This document shows positions 19,349 through 28,263 of a stretch of 64,000 nt of DNA, piece by piece. The notes under the pieces are model-generated. The model did not search any database. It saw nothing but the letters and a program-made list of their open reading frames with translations, and had not been told where the DNA came from. Source of the stretch: Shigella phage Sfk20. The stretch lies in sequence record MW341595; one strand, written 5' to 3'. A program made the position numbers and the translations under genes. The stretch's first letter is position 1; every line of letters begins with the position of its first letter.

Positions 19349-19560
19349 TACAAAAAGCCTCTTTGAAATTCGACTCTTTGAAATCCACCCCAGTCAGTGT
19401 ATCGCATTTCAGCATTGAACTCGACTGAACCATCTGCATGCATCATGAATGAATGCGTGACGATATCACAATCCCAGCTTTTCATACCCCATTTATCAGA
19501 GATAGCTTTATCAAGAACCTTCTGGAGGTCTTCATTTGGTTTAATCCAACGATTTAACAT
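19348..19560 (-). CDS. hypothetical protein, 70 aa
   Basis: ORF track; preceded by early promoter 19587-19615. Confidence 0.45.
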   Translation of the reverse strand: MLNRWIKPNEDLQKVLDKAISDKWGMKSWDCDIVTHSFMMHADGSVEFNAEMRYTDWGGFQRVEFQRGFL

Positions 19561-19586
19561 AGTGCTCTCCTCTATAAGATAATTCT

Positions 19587-19615
19587 ATTATACCATACTT
19601 GTTTTGGAAAGTAAA
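19587..19615 (-). promoter_or_regulatory. early (sigma70-type) promoter
   Basis: Reverse complement TTTACT-17 nt-TATAAT. Confidence 0.6.
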
Positions 19616-19631
19616 CCGGTAAAATGAAAAA

Positions 19632-19651
19632 AGGACTCCCGAAGGAGTCCT
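19632..19651 (-). terminator. rho-independent terminator downstream of soc
   Basis: Stem aggactcc/ggagtcct, loop cgaa, followed on the minus strand by a U-run. Confidence 0.65.
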
Positions 19652-19658
19652 TGAATTA

Positions 19659-19904
19659 TTAACCACCAGTTACTTTCCACAAATCTTCGTTTGCAGTAAT
19701 CCATGCATCACGTTGATTTTCTTCGTATACAGTAGTATATGCTGCTTTTTCTGAAGGGAATGTCTGGTAATGAGCGCCAGAAATTTTGTGAACGTCAGAA
19801 TAAAGAGGGAAAGCTACAGAAATTTCCTTTCCTTCAATTTTCTTATTTCCATCTAATTTCTGCTCAAATGTTTTAATATTAACATAACCGCGAGTACTAG
19901 CCAT
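19659..19904 (-). CDS. soc: small outer capsid protein Soc
   Basis: MASTRGYVNIKTFEQKLDGNKKIEGKEISVAFPLYSDVHKISGAHYQTFPSEKAAY... recognised as T4 Soc-like. Confidence 0.9.
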   Translation of the reverse strand: MASTRGYVNIKTFEQKLDGNKKIEGKEISVAFPLYSDVHKISGAHYQTFPSEKAAYTTVYEENQRDAWITANEDLWKVTGG

Positions 19905-19934
19905 GTAATTCTCCTTTTATTTAAATTACATGAC

Positions 19935-19942
19935 TATTTATA
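19935..19942 (-). promoter_or_regulatory. late promoter TATAAATA upstream of soc
   Basis: Exact TATAAATA on minus strand about 30 nt upstream of soc ATG. Confidence 0.65.
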
Positions 19943-19976
19943 ATAAATTCTCACAGCTTTTAAGCCGTCGTTTATA

Positions 19977-20495
19977 TTAATAACCTCGGTCTTGACGAGC
20001 GAAGTTTTCAGCATTTTTCAGATAATAAAGTTTAAAGATTTCTTCAGCCGTAAGACCGAGACCTTGGAACATGTTCAGAACGAAATGAAGAATATCAATC
20101 ATTTCGAATTTAATTTCCAACTGGTCTTGTGGAGATAAGTCAGTAATCAGAGTTTCACGACGTTCACCGTGTTGCGACTTCCAAGGCTTCCATACAGCAG
20201 ATGCATCTTTTTCGCCATTGCTCATACCACCAAGAGAAGTCAGAAGTTCGCGGAATTCATCATCAATATAATCTTTCTGATTACGCAGCCAATCAACAAC
20301 TTCACCTGCAGTAGCCAAATCATCAGGATGACGGTTATATTCAGGTTTATCTTTAGCTAAACGAACCTGCAGAGATTTCTGCATATCAAGCATAACTTGC
20401 AACGGATCTTTTTCATCACCGAGAATATCCCAGTATTCATTTTGAGCTTTATCAGCGCCTTCAATCAGTTGACTACATTCATTAAAGTAAGCCAT
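19977..20495 (-). CDS. 56: dCTP pyrophosphatase gp56 (MazG-like)
   Basis: ORF track 19977..20588 trimmed to ATG 20493-20495 (MAYFNECSQLIEGADKAQNEYWDILG...), 171 to 172 aa as T4 gp56; AAGGAA SD. Confidence 0.8.
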   Translation of the reverse strand: MAYFNECSQLIEGADKAQNEYWDILGDEKDPLQVMLDMQKSLQVRLAKDKPEYNRHPDDLATAGEVVDWLRNQKDYIDDEFRELLTSLGGMSNGEKDASAVWKPWKSQHGERRETLITDLSPQDQLEIKFEMIDILHFVLNMFQGLGLTAEEIFKLYYLKNAENFARQDRGY

Positions 20496-20529
20496 TATTT
20501 TTCCTTTCAATTCATGGGTTAGTAGATTA

Positions 20530-20553
20530 ATTATACAATAAATATATAAAGCA
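20530..20553 (-). promoter_or_regulatory. candidate MotA-dependent middle promoter upstream of 56
   Basis: Reverse complement TGCTTTA-11 nt-TATAAT. Confidence 0.5.
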
Positions 20554-20566
20554 ATAAGGAGGACAT

Positions 20567-20767
20567 ATGGTACAAAAATTAATGGCACTTGTTAATGCCA
20601 TAAAAGGTAATAAAAAACGTATAGCTTTTACTATTTCTGCTATGGTAGGAATTTTACTCTGGAATTTTGTTTTATCACCAATTGCTATTGCTCATGGTGT
20701 TAATATTCCAGTAATTACTCTTGATACATTCGTAGATTTAGCATTTGCTTTGGTTGGGTTAATTTAA
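20567..20767 (+). CDS. small membrane protein, 66 aa, plus strand
   Basis: ORF track; AAGGAGGA 5 nt before ATG; two hydrophobic segments; convergent with gene 61, stop codons overlap. Confidence 0.4.
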   Translation: MVQKLMALVNAIKGNKKRIAFTISAMVGILLWNFVLSPIAIAHGVNIPVITLDTFVDLAFALVGLI

Positions 20768-21792
20768 ATCTTAGCATATTTAGATAGCCGCATTTTAGCC
20801 ATCAACCCTTGGGCAATATTATTTTTCATATATTCCATAATTTGTTCAGGGGTTGCACCTTCCTTTCTAATCATATCATTAACATCTTTTGATTTCCAGG
20901 GAGATTTATCCCAAAACATAACCCTTTCTCCTGCATCAACTAATTTAGTCATTCGTTTAATAGTGTCAGGGTGACGAGGTTCATTATCTAAAACCCACAC
21001 ACGTCTATCTTTAAATGGAACAATTTCTAGGTCTAATTGACCACCCGTAATAGCTATACCATTTTCAATAAAAAGTGAATCTATAGGTCCTTCTAGAACA
21101 TATACATCACCATCTTTGACTCGTTCAACTCCATAGATTTTTGTTGCCTCAGGATAAGCTTTGATGGTGATATATTTTTGAGGAGCATCTTTCTTTAATG
21201 CACGTCCTTGAAAAGACTCGGCTTTTCCGTTAGCGTTATAAATTGGAATAACAAGACGAGGCTCGGGCATTTCCTTTTTATATGTTCCTGGCGCTATACT
21301 ATTAACTAATTTAGGCCATTCGGTTGTAAACCAAAGATATTTCCATTTATTCTTTGGAATACAACGAGCTTTTACATATTTTATAATTGGATGGTCTTCC
21401 GCCAGTTTATCTAATCTAATGCATGACGGAAGAGATTTAATTATTTTCTTCTCAGGTTGTTTAGGAAGTTCTTTAGGTTTTTCTACTGGACGACTTTTAC
21501 CTTTTTCTTTTCTTATTTCAAAGATATACTCACGATATAAATCAGGTTCAAACTCCTTTAAATATATTCCAATTGGTGCATGATAGTTACAGTTATAACA
21601 ATGAATATTTCCTTCATTATTATCGCCATAATACCATCCACGGGCTTTATTTTGATCGGTTTTTGAATCTCCACAAACAGGGCATCTAAACCGTAATTTA
21701 AAAGTTGAACTATTATTTACTTGTGCGAATTTAGGTAAATGAGCCAATGCACGGTATGCAAACTCATTATCAATCCAAGGTATTGATGACAT
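20764..21792 (-). CDS. 61: DNA primase gp61
   Basis: 342 aa as T4 gp61; zinc-binding CPVCGDS...CYNC and Toprim-like region. Confidence 0.95.
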   Translation of the reverse strand: MSSIPWIDNEFAYRALAHLPKFAQVNNSSTFKLRFRCPVCGDSKTDQNKARGWYYGDNNEGNIHCYNCNYHAPIGIYLKEFEPDLYREYIFEIRKEKGKSRPVEKPKELPKQPEKKIIKSLPSCIRLDKLAEDHPIIKYVKARCIPKNKWKYLWFTTEWPKLVNSIAPGTYKKEMPEPRLVIPIYNANGKAESFQGRALKKDAPQKYITIKAYPEATKIYGVERVKDGDVYVLEGPIDSLFIENGIAITGGQLDLEIVPFKDRRVWVLDNEPRHPDTIKRMTKLVDAGERVMFWDKSPWKSKDVNDMIRKEGATPEQIMEYMKNNIAQGLMAKMRLSKYAKI

Positions 21793-21794
21793 TT

Positions 21795-21959
21795 TTACTC
21801 TTCTTTTTCTTTAGATTCCTCTTTTTTCTTTTTAGGAATCTGTTCAGGACCTTTATTTACTACAGCGCCTGACGTTGTTCCAGTAGAGATATTTTCAGGA
21901 TTACCACCTGAATCTCCAGCTACCATATCTTCTTTGATAAATTCTTTAAACGTTTTCAT
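21795..21959 (-). CDS. small hypothetical protein (61.1 position), 54 aa
   Basis: Hand-translated MKTFKEFIKEDMVAGDSGGNPENISTGTTSGAVVNKGPEQIPKKKKEESKEKEE. Confidence 0.35.
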   Translation of the reverse strand: MKTFKEFIKEDMVAGDSGGNPENISTGTTSGAVVNKGPEQIPKKKKEESKEKEE

Positions 21960-21971
21960 ATTAGCCTCTAA

Positions 21972-22265
21972 TTATTCACCTACCACTTCAGCGATGATAT
22001 TTTTATTATTAAAGTTTTTATCGCAATACAGAACATAATTATACTGCATTACACCACCAGACTTAAGCTGTTTTTGCACTTCGGCTTTCATTTCAGGGCG
22101 ATCACGCTCAACGATATTCATAATATCTGCTTCAATTTGAGTTTCAACCTCAGTCTGATCTGCAGTCATAGACCATTCACACAAATCTTTGTCATAACCC
22201 GCCATAGCAGGCTGAGCAGCACAAGAAGATAAAGCAAAAATTGTAGCAAAGATAAATTTTTTCAT
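21972..22265 (-). CDS. sp: Spackle periplasmic protein
   Basis: 97 aa, same length and position as T4 Sp; N-terminal signal peptide MKKFIFATIFALSSCAAQPAMA. Confidence 0.7.
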   Translation of the reverse strand: MKKFIFATIFALSSCAAQPAMAGYDKDLCEWSMTADQTEVETQIEADIMNIVERDRPEMKAEVQKQLKSGGVMQYNYVLYCDKNFNNKNIIAEVVGE

Positions 22266-22291
22266 GATAATCTCCTCAGTAGTTTATGTTT

Positions 22292-22320
22292 ATAGTATCT
22301 CAATTTCTAATAAAAGTAAA
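22292..22320 (-). promoter_or_regulatory. early (sigma70-type) promoter upstream of sp
   Basis: Reverse complement TTTACT-17 nt-TACTAT. Confidence 0.55.
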
Positions 22321-22323
22321 CAG

Positions 22324-22623
22324 TTATTTTAAAACTTCTGCATAATCACATGTTACAAACTGTTTCTCTAACTTGGCGATTTTACGAAAGTATCTTTTGC
22401 ATTGACGAATCTGTCGCTTTGTAGGGCGCACAGCAAACTTAATAAATTCCACTCGACCAAATGGAGGGCTTTCTTCTGCCGGAATATCTAATACTAATTC
22501 CCACGTATCTGCAATAAGTGCTTTGAATTGAGTATTTTTCCTGACGTTATACGGTGTAGGTTTAAATAAAACAATATGCATATTATCCTCGGCAATCCAC
22601 TTCGCATACTTTCTTGTCATCAA
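22324..22623 (-). CDS. hypothetical protein (61.4 position), 99 aa
   Basis: ORF track; synteny only. Confidence 0.45.
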   Translation of the reverse strand: MMTRKYAKWIAEDNMHIVLFKPTPYNVRKNTQFKALIADTWELVLDIPAEESPPFGRVEFIKFAVRPTKRQIRQCKRYFRKIAKLEKQFVTCDYAEVLK

Positions 22624-22765
22624 TGAAAGCTTTAACTAATGCTTTATTAACTTCAGCATATTGAGTAGTAGCCCATTGAACGTCATCTTTCATCATTGTG
22701 ATTTCTTTAGTAAACATGCTTTCATTCTTAAACCACCCCATAAAAACTACCTTTACCAATTCCAT
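22583..22765 (-). CDS. dmd: Dmd-like protein (61.5 position), 60 aa
   Basis: 60 aa, same length and position immediately upstream of gene 41 as T4 Dmd. Confidence 0.6.
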   Translation of the reverse strand: MELVKVVFMGWFKNESMFTKEITMMKDDVQWATTQYAEVNKALVKAFIDDKKVCEVDCRG

Positions 22766-22794
22766 AACAATCTCCTCATTTAACCAACAAGACT

Positions 22795-22823
22795 ACTATA
22801 CCATAGTCTTGTCGGCTTGTAAA
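22795..22823 (-). promoter_or_regulatory. early (sigma70-type) promoter upstream of dmd
   Basis: Reverse complement TTTACA-17 nt-TATAGT. Confidence 0.6.
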
Positions 22824-24251
22824 CTAAAATTTTAATTCATTTGCCAAAGCATCTAACTGAGCTCGAGCTGATTCGTTTCTTTGATAGCGATTCTGTTCAG
22901 CCTGAATCTGCTGTGAACCTGCTACTTCGTTCACTTCGGTTGGAGTAGAATCTTGCTCAATTTCTACCCATTTTTGATTTCCTTTTTGAACACCCATCAA
23001 AAACTTATTCCATTTATTCTTATCACCATATCGTGATTTGATTTGCTTAATGAGTTGTTGTTCAGCGGCTGCTAACTCCTCGGTTTCAATGACCGCAAGC
23101 ATAAAATCGGCTGTTGCTGGAAGACCGGCAGATTCTGCAATATCGCTCATGTTAACATCAGAAGAATCCCAAGCTTGTTTACCAACTTGTGCTGCGGTCC
23201 AAAGAACAGTTTCGGTTTCAACAGCCAGAGCACGCAATTCCTCTGCGATAGCTTTAACAGTTGTGTAACTATTTTCTGAATAAACTCTAATGCGGCAAGA
23301 TTTACAAATACCCAGATAGTCAACAATAATGATTGTTGGAACAAAATTCTTCTTGAGCTTCAATTCATTCAAGAGAGACCTGAATGTATTAGCGTCTGCT
23401 CCACCAGTAGGATACTGTTTAACGATTAAACGGCCGAGAGTAGATTTCTCACGCCATTTTTCCATTTTTCCTTTATACTCAGCGTAAGAAATATGCCCAT
23501 CATCAATGTCATCAAGAGAAACATCAAGCATATTAGCATCAATACGCTTAGCACAGACTTCTTCTGCCATTTCCATGGAAATGTAAAGAACATTATGTCC
23601 GAGCTGCAAATAATCTGCTGCCAATGAACACAATCCTAATGACTTACCGACGTTAACACCAGCCATTAAAACGTTCAGTGTTCCAGTTTCAGCTCCGCCT
23701 TTAGTAATTTTATTTAGAATTTTGAGTCTAAATGGAACCTTACGAGCTTTATTCATATAAGATAGCCAACGTGCTTCGTAGTCATCCATCCAATCATGAC
23801 CAACGTAACTATCAAATGAAATTGATAATGCTTGGCGCATGATGTCAGGAATAGCACCAACATCCGGCATTTTCTTATTTCGTTTTTCCGGAGGAAGCTC
23901 AGCATTAGTTTGAATTTCAATTATTTTAGATGTGGCGTTAAACATCGCCCTTTGCTGAACATATTTTTCTGTTTCTTTTACTAACCAGCTGTGGTCTTCT
24001 GGAGAATCGGCTAGTTTCGAAATAAGTGTTTTTACACCAGAATATTCTGTTTCAGTAAATGAACTATTTTCTAATGCAACATTTAACGCATTAATAGATG
24101 GAACGCTATGGTACTCATTAACATGAGATTTAATTAATTTGAATGTATTTTTAGCTGGACCACTTTCAAAATATTCTGAATCCATATATGGCCAAACTTT
24201 TGAAAAATAAGCTTGATCAAATATGAGATGAGAAAGAATAATTTCTACCAC
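22824..24251 (-). CDS. 41: replicative DNA helicase gp41 (DnaB-like)
   Basis: 475 aa as T4 gp41; Walker A GVNVGKS. Confidence 0.95.
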   Translation of the reverse strand: MVEIILSHLIFDQAYFSKVWPYMDSEYFESGPAKNTFKLIKSHVNEYHSVPSINALNVALENSSFTETEYSGVKTLISKLADSPEDHSWLVKETEKYVQQRAMFNATSKIIEIQTNAELPPEKRNKKMPDVGAIPDIMRQALSISFDSYVGHDWMDDYEARWLSYMNKARKVPFRLKILNKITKGGAETGTLNVLMAGVNVGKSLGLCSLAADYLQLGHNVLYISMEMAEEVCAKRIDANMLDVSLDDIDDGHISYAEYKGKMEKWREKSTLGRLIVKQYPTGGADANTFRSLLNELKLKKNFVPTIIIVDYLGICKSCRIRVYSENSYTTVKAIAEELRALAVETETVLWTAAQVGKQAWDSSDVNMSDIAESAGLPATADFMLAVIETEELAAAEQQLIKQIKSRYGDKNKWNKFLMGVQKGNQKWVEIEQDSTPTEVNEVAGSQQIQAEQNRYQRNESARAQLDALANELKF

Positions 24252-24260
24252 ACTTACTCC

Positions 24261-24605
24261 TTAAAAGAATTTAAATTTTTTCTTTGACCTTTTATTAAAT
24301 GCATCTTGTAGCTGCATTGTAATACATTTTTCTACATGAGGAGCTAACTCAGCTTTTCTTTCTTGGTCAAGAACAGCAAAGTCCATTACGACTTTTCCAT
24401 CAACCCAATCTAATTTTGTCACATACACAATGTGTGTAGAACCGTCTTCTAGTTTAATGACAATCTCCTGGATAACATTTTCCATGGCAGATTTAATTAT
24501 CTTAAGAGATTCATTAAAAAGACGTTCTTTTCTTTCTTCTTCCCCCTCCGAAGAGGGGGATTCGTCGATAATTTCTAGATCTAAATCCAAATCATCTTTA
24601 TTCAT
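24261..24605 (-). CDS. 40: gp40 head-assembly accessory protein
   Basis: ORF track 24261..24623 trimmed to in-frame ATG 24603-24605; 114 aa as T4 gp40; start overlaps uvsX stop. Confidence 0.65.
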   Translation of the reverse strand: MNKDDLDLDLEIIDESPSSEGEEERKERLFNESLKIIKSAMENVIQEIVIKLEDGSTHIVYVTKLDWVDGKVVMDFAVLDQERKAELAPHVEKCITMQLQDAFNKRSKKKFKFF

Positions 24606-25779
24606 TAAATTCTTCCATATCACTTAACTGATCTAGGTCAGTTTCTAAATCAGCTGCTGATTTACTTTTACTTTCTGGAGATTTAAATTTTTCAACCTTT
24701 GAGTTAATCAATTCATCAACTTCAGCTTCAACAATTTCATTACTATCAATAGCACCTAACTGATAAGCGCGTTTAATAGCATCTCGGAATGGTTGATGCT
24801 TAAATAAAGGACCCCAGAATGTAGTGCAGTTGGTATCTTTTGCACGCCAAGATTTTTCTTCGCGAATCATCTCGCCGGTTTCTTCGTCAAGAAATTCACG
24901 AGCATACCAGCCATTTTTAGGTTTTACCACAAATCCTAATTCAAGAGCCATATCTAACAATCCAGAATAAGGATCGATACCACCGTCAAATTTAACATCA
25001 ATAAAGAATTTACTTTTTTCTTTAACAGTGCGAGATTTTTCTACATTTAGAACAAATTGATACCCCTGAAGATCAGAACCATCTTTAATCTGGCGCTTAC
25101 CGATAATGAATACAGTATCAGCCGAATACATTACGCCTGTACCACCTGTCATCACGGTTTTACTAAACATTTCAATGGTTTCAATTGTATGGTTAACCGC
25201 AACACATGGAATGTTTTTAATACTAAAATAAGGAGTAACAATACGGAATAATGACTTCAGTGATTTAGCACGAGTCATATCTGCCACAGATTTTTCATTT
25301 AAGGCATCTTCCGTTTCTTTCTTAGAAGCCATATTACCAATTGAGTCGATGAATACAATAACTTTTTCACCGCGCTCAATAGCTTCAAGCTGATTCACCA
25401 TATCAATTTTCAGCTGTTCAACTGACTGAATTGGTGTATGAATTACTCGTTCCGGGTCAACTCCCATGGATCGCAAATAAGCTGGAGTAATACCAAATTC
25501 GCTATCATAAAATAGACATACCGCGTCAGGATATTTGTTCAAATACGCCGCAACCATAGTCAAAGACATATTTGATTTAAAGTGTTTAGAAGGACCTGCA
25601 AAAATGGTTAAACCAGACTGCATACCACCATCAATCGCACCAGAAATAGCGATATTAAGCATTGGGATTTTTGTACGGATTACATCCTTTTCATTAAAGA
25701 ATTTAGATGTAGTCAGTTCAGCAGTCATTTTAGAAGTGGAAGCTTTAATCAAACGGGATTTTAAATCTGCAATAGACAT
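24598..25779 (-). CDS. uvsX: UvsX recombinase (RecA-like)
   Basis: 393 aa; sequence recognised as T4 UvsX-like. Confidence 0.95.
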   Translation of the reverse strand: MSIADLKSRLIKASTSKMTAELTTSKFFNEKDVIRTKIPMLNIAISGAIDGGMQSGLTIFAGPSKHFKSNMSLTMVAAYLNKYPDAVCLFYDSEFGITPAYLRSMGVDPERVIHTPIQSVEQLKIDMVNQLEAIERGEKVIVFIDSIGNMASKKETEDALNEKSVADMTRAKSLKSLFRIVTPYFSIKNIPCVAVNHTIETIEMFSKTVMTGGTGVMYSADTVFIIGKRQIKDGSDLQGYQFVLNVEKSRTVKEKSKFFIDVKFDGGIDPYSGLLDMALELGFVVKPKNGWYAREFLDEETGEMIREEKSWRAKDTNCTTFWGPLFKHQPFRDAIKRAYQLGAIDSNEIVEAEVDELINSKVEKFKSPESKSKSAADLETDLDQLSDMEEFNE

Positions 25780-25856
25780 TCATTTTTTCCATAGGCAACA
25801 TTATATTTTCCTCACTGGTTAAAGATAGAATAATTATAACACAATAAATTTAGGCA

Positions 25857-26705
25857 TTAATCAACTGCTATTGGATGAATAGCATTAAACTTATGAAACG
25901 CTTCTGATTTTTCTTTGCGCGAAACACACATGCGAAGAACCTTTAATGGCTCGTCTTCTTCACCCAACGATTTTCTCTTTTCAATATTCGATGTTTTCCA
26001 ACGAGCTTGCTCTGGAAACTCTCTATTGATTTGCTCAAGAGCTCTATTATGTTTTGAATTACTACGAATTGAACTGCACCCGCCAGGAGCTTGCGCTTTT
26101 CCGGATACAACCAGATATTTGAACAAGGCCAAATGCGGATAACCTTGATTAATTAAATTGAGAAATGCATACATATCTTCGCATAAATCAATTTTTCCAT
26201 ACCCAATTTGTTCTGTTGTAAGTTTTCCGAGGTCATACCAAGTATTCGTGAATCCATATGAATTTTCACGATAATTACCCCAAGATGAAGTAATTTTAAA
26301 AATTGGTAAACGAGCATGACCATGATAATACCCGCAATCCATGGCATCTTCAACGTATTGAATCAATTCATAGAACTGTTCACGAGTTAACTGATTAATT
26401 TTATCTACGCAGCGACGATCATCTTTCTTTCGCATTGAACTCATACGAATAGTAGTATCATCATCAATCATCCAAATTCGTTGACCTGCATACATATCAG
26501 TAATTGCTTTACGAGTACCAGCAATTCCATTAACATCATCAGGAATAGTTATAATTTTAGCTCTAGACCCGTAAGCGTCATAATAAGCTTTTTCTTCGTG
26601 TTCACGTACTACAATATGAGGTTCATAATCAGTCGGAAACATATCAAGGGCAGAAACTGCCCCTACGCGTTGATAGCTTGGAATTACGAATTGAATCATT
26701 TCCAC
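25857..26705 (-). CDS. putative glycosyltransferase occupying the beta-gt locus (candidate beta-alpha glucosyltransferase), 282 aa
   Basis: Position between uvsX and 42; sequence does not match remembered T4 beta-gt (351 aa); DxD-like MIDDD motif. Confidence 0.5.
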   Translation of the reverse strand: MEMIQFVIPSYQRVGAVSALDMFPTDYEPHIVVREHEEKAYYDAYGSRAKIITIPDDVNGIAGTRKAITDMYAGQRIWMIDDDTTIRMSSMRKKDDRRCVDKINQLTREQFYELIQYVEDAMDCGYYHGHARLPIFKITSSWGNYRENSYGFTNTWYDLGKLTTEQIGYGKIDLCEDMYAFLNLINQGYPHLALFKYLVVSGKAQAPGGCSSIRSNSKHNRALEQINREFPEQARWKTSNIEKRKSLGEEDEPLKVLRMCVSRKEKSEAFHKFNAIHPIAVD

Positions 26706-27436
26706 TCACCATTATAATCTTTTTTCGCAATATGAGTTTCGCCAGTTTTCCACCAATGGTCAACCAAATAAAAATGACGGGAATACACATGAAGGCTTCC
26801 GACATTCCATATAATGGAACCTGCTTTATACTGACGAGTTGAATCACCTGCATTCAAATCAGATACTAATTTATCTAGTACGTATTTTTGCCATGCATAA
26901 TCATTACGGAATCCGAAGACCACGTCATTTGAACGCATGCTTACTACTGCATTGACTTTCTTATCACGAATCAGGTACTGTACTGTATTCGTACACATGA
27001 AATCTGACATACCATCTTTATTGTAGTCAAACTGCATGGATGGACGAGTATAAATCATGATACCACGTCGAGAATCAGGATTTTGACCAAGTTCAGCTAA
27101 ACACATATCATACTGGGCATAGTTATCTTCTGACCAGATGGCCCAACCATAATTCGAGTTAATTTCGCCTTTAGAAGATGCTACCTGTTGCCAAATCTTC
27201 GGTGTTTCACCCGGAATATCTTTAACAAACAAACTTTTAGATTTATACCATTCAAGTTCACGCTGAATGTATTCATCATTAAGAGCGCCAAAAATAAACG
27301 GTTCATCTGCTACAAATGATGCGCCAATAATTTCAATAGTTTTAACGCCAGTTTTATCAATTACGAAATCTTTTTCCTTTAACGCAATTCCCAAATGAAG
27401 ACGAGTTTCTTCAACTGTCAAAGAGTCATTAATCAT
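26696..27436 (-). CDS. 42: dCMP hydroxymethylase gp42
   Basis: 246 aa as T4 gp42; sequence recognised. Confidence 0.95.
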   Translation of the reverse strand: MINDSLTVEETRLHLGIALKEKDFVIDKTGVKTIEIIGASFVADEPFIFGALNDEYIQRELEWYKSKSLFVKDIPGETPKIWQQVASSKGEINSNYGWAIWSEDNYAQYDMCLAELGQNPDSRRGIMIYTRPSMQFDYNKDGMSDFMCTNTVQYLIRDKKVNAVVSMRSNDVVFGFRNDYAWQKYVLDKLVSDLNAGDSTRQYKAGSIIWNVGSLHVYSRHFYLVDHWWKTGETHIAKKDYNGEWK

Positions 27437-27443
27437 TTAAACC

Positions 27444-27593
27444 TCAATTGATACATTCATATTTAACTTGTAACAGTAATAAACTCCACCCTATAATAAG
27501 CGTTGGAATCATACAAGGAACCGTTACGCTATAGTATATACTTATTATAATCATCAAGATTAAAAGCAATACTGTTAAAATTTTGCTTTTCAT
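27444..27593 (-). CDS. small membrane peptide, 49 aa
   Basis: Hand-translated MKSKILTVLLLILMIIISIYYSVTVPCMIPTLIIGWSLLLLQVKYECIN; ATGA overlap with imm stop; GAAGGA SD. Confidence 0.35.
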   Translation of the reverse strand: MKSKILTVLLLILMIIISIYYSVTVPCMIPTLIIGWSLLLLQVKYECIN

Positions 27594-27841
27594 TCCTTCT
27601 CTCTGATGATAATTACTTGATTTGGTTGTGCGGATTTTTTAGTTTCACCCGCAATTGACCAAATAAATGTAATAAACCAACCAATAATTGACCAGTTAAA
27701 CAGTAAAGATGTAAAAAAGATTCCTACTGTCGATTTTGACCCGCGCATCAAGGCGATGAACCATGGAAGCATGTATATAATAATAGCCAACACGCCTGAT
27801 ACTAAAACCATAAAAATTGAACCTGCTACTAAAGTTTCCAT
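27590..27841 (-). CDS. imm: Imm superinfection immunity membrane protein
   Basis: 83 aa as T4 Imm; two hydrophobic helices. Confidence 0.9.
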   Translation of the reverse strand: METLVAGSIFMVLVSGVLAIIIYMLPWFIALMRGSKSTVGIFFTSLLFNWSIIGWFITFIWSIAGETKKSAQPNQVIIIREKE

Positions 27842-27848
27842 GCTTTCC

Positions 27849-28229
27849 TCACTTAGTCAAATTTTTTACACATGAATTATAAGAATTCACTACATACTCC
27901 ATCGGAGCATTTTTACCTGTGCGCCATTGGTAATTATTAGCCCAATTAGCCCAAAGTTCGGCGCAGTAGTTTTCAATTTTTTCTTCGCGTGTAATTACAT
28001 CTGAATTACGATATGCTTGAGCAGATTCATCTGGACGAATAGCTTCGTCAAAATTCGCCTGCATTTGTTCTACTGTCTGTTTTGGAGCCTCTTTATAACA
28101 CTTAACATTAGGATTATAAAATTTGCTTGAACAATTTACAATTTTTCCTGCATCAGACTGATTTACTACCGGTCCTTGAGCTACACAACCAGTAAGACCC
28201 AATGCAATAACCAAAATAGCGATTTTCAT
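27849..28229 (-). CDS. putative lipoprotein (imm.1 position), 126 aa
   Basis: ORF track trimmed to ATG 28227-28229; MKIAILVIALGLTGC... lipobox; GGAG SD in conserved leader. Confidence 0.55.
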   Translation of the reverse strand: MKIAILVIALGLTGCVAQGPVVNQSDAGKIVNCSSKFYNPNVKCYKEAPKQTVEQMQANFDEAIRPDESAQAYRNSDVITREEKIENYCAELWANWANNYQWRTGKNAPMEYVVNSYNSCVKNLTK

Positions 28230-28263
28230 TTCATTCTCCAAATCTGTATCAGTTGATAGTTAT

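Noticed and set aside
25780-25856. TATAAT element upstream of uvsX as an early or middle promoter
   Set aside because: No acceptable -35 hexamer or MotA box at the right spacing; promoter type unresolved.
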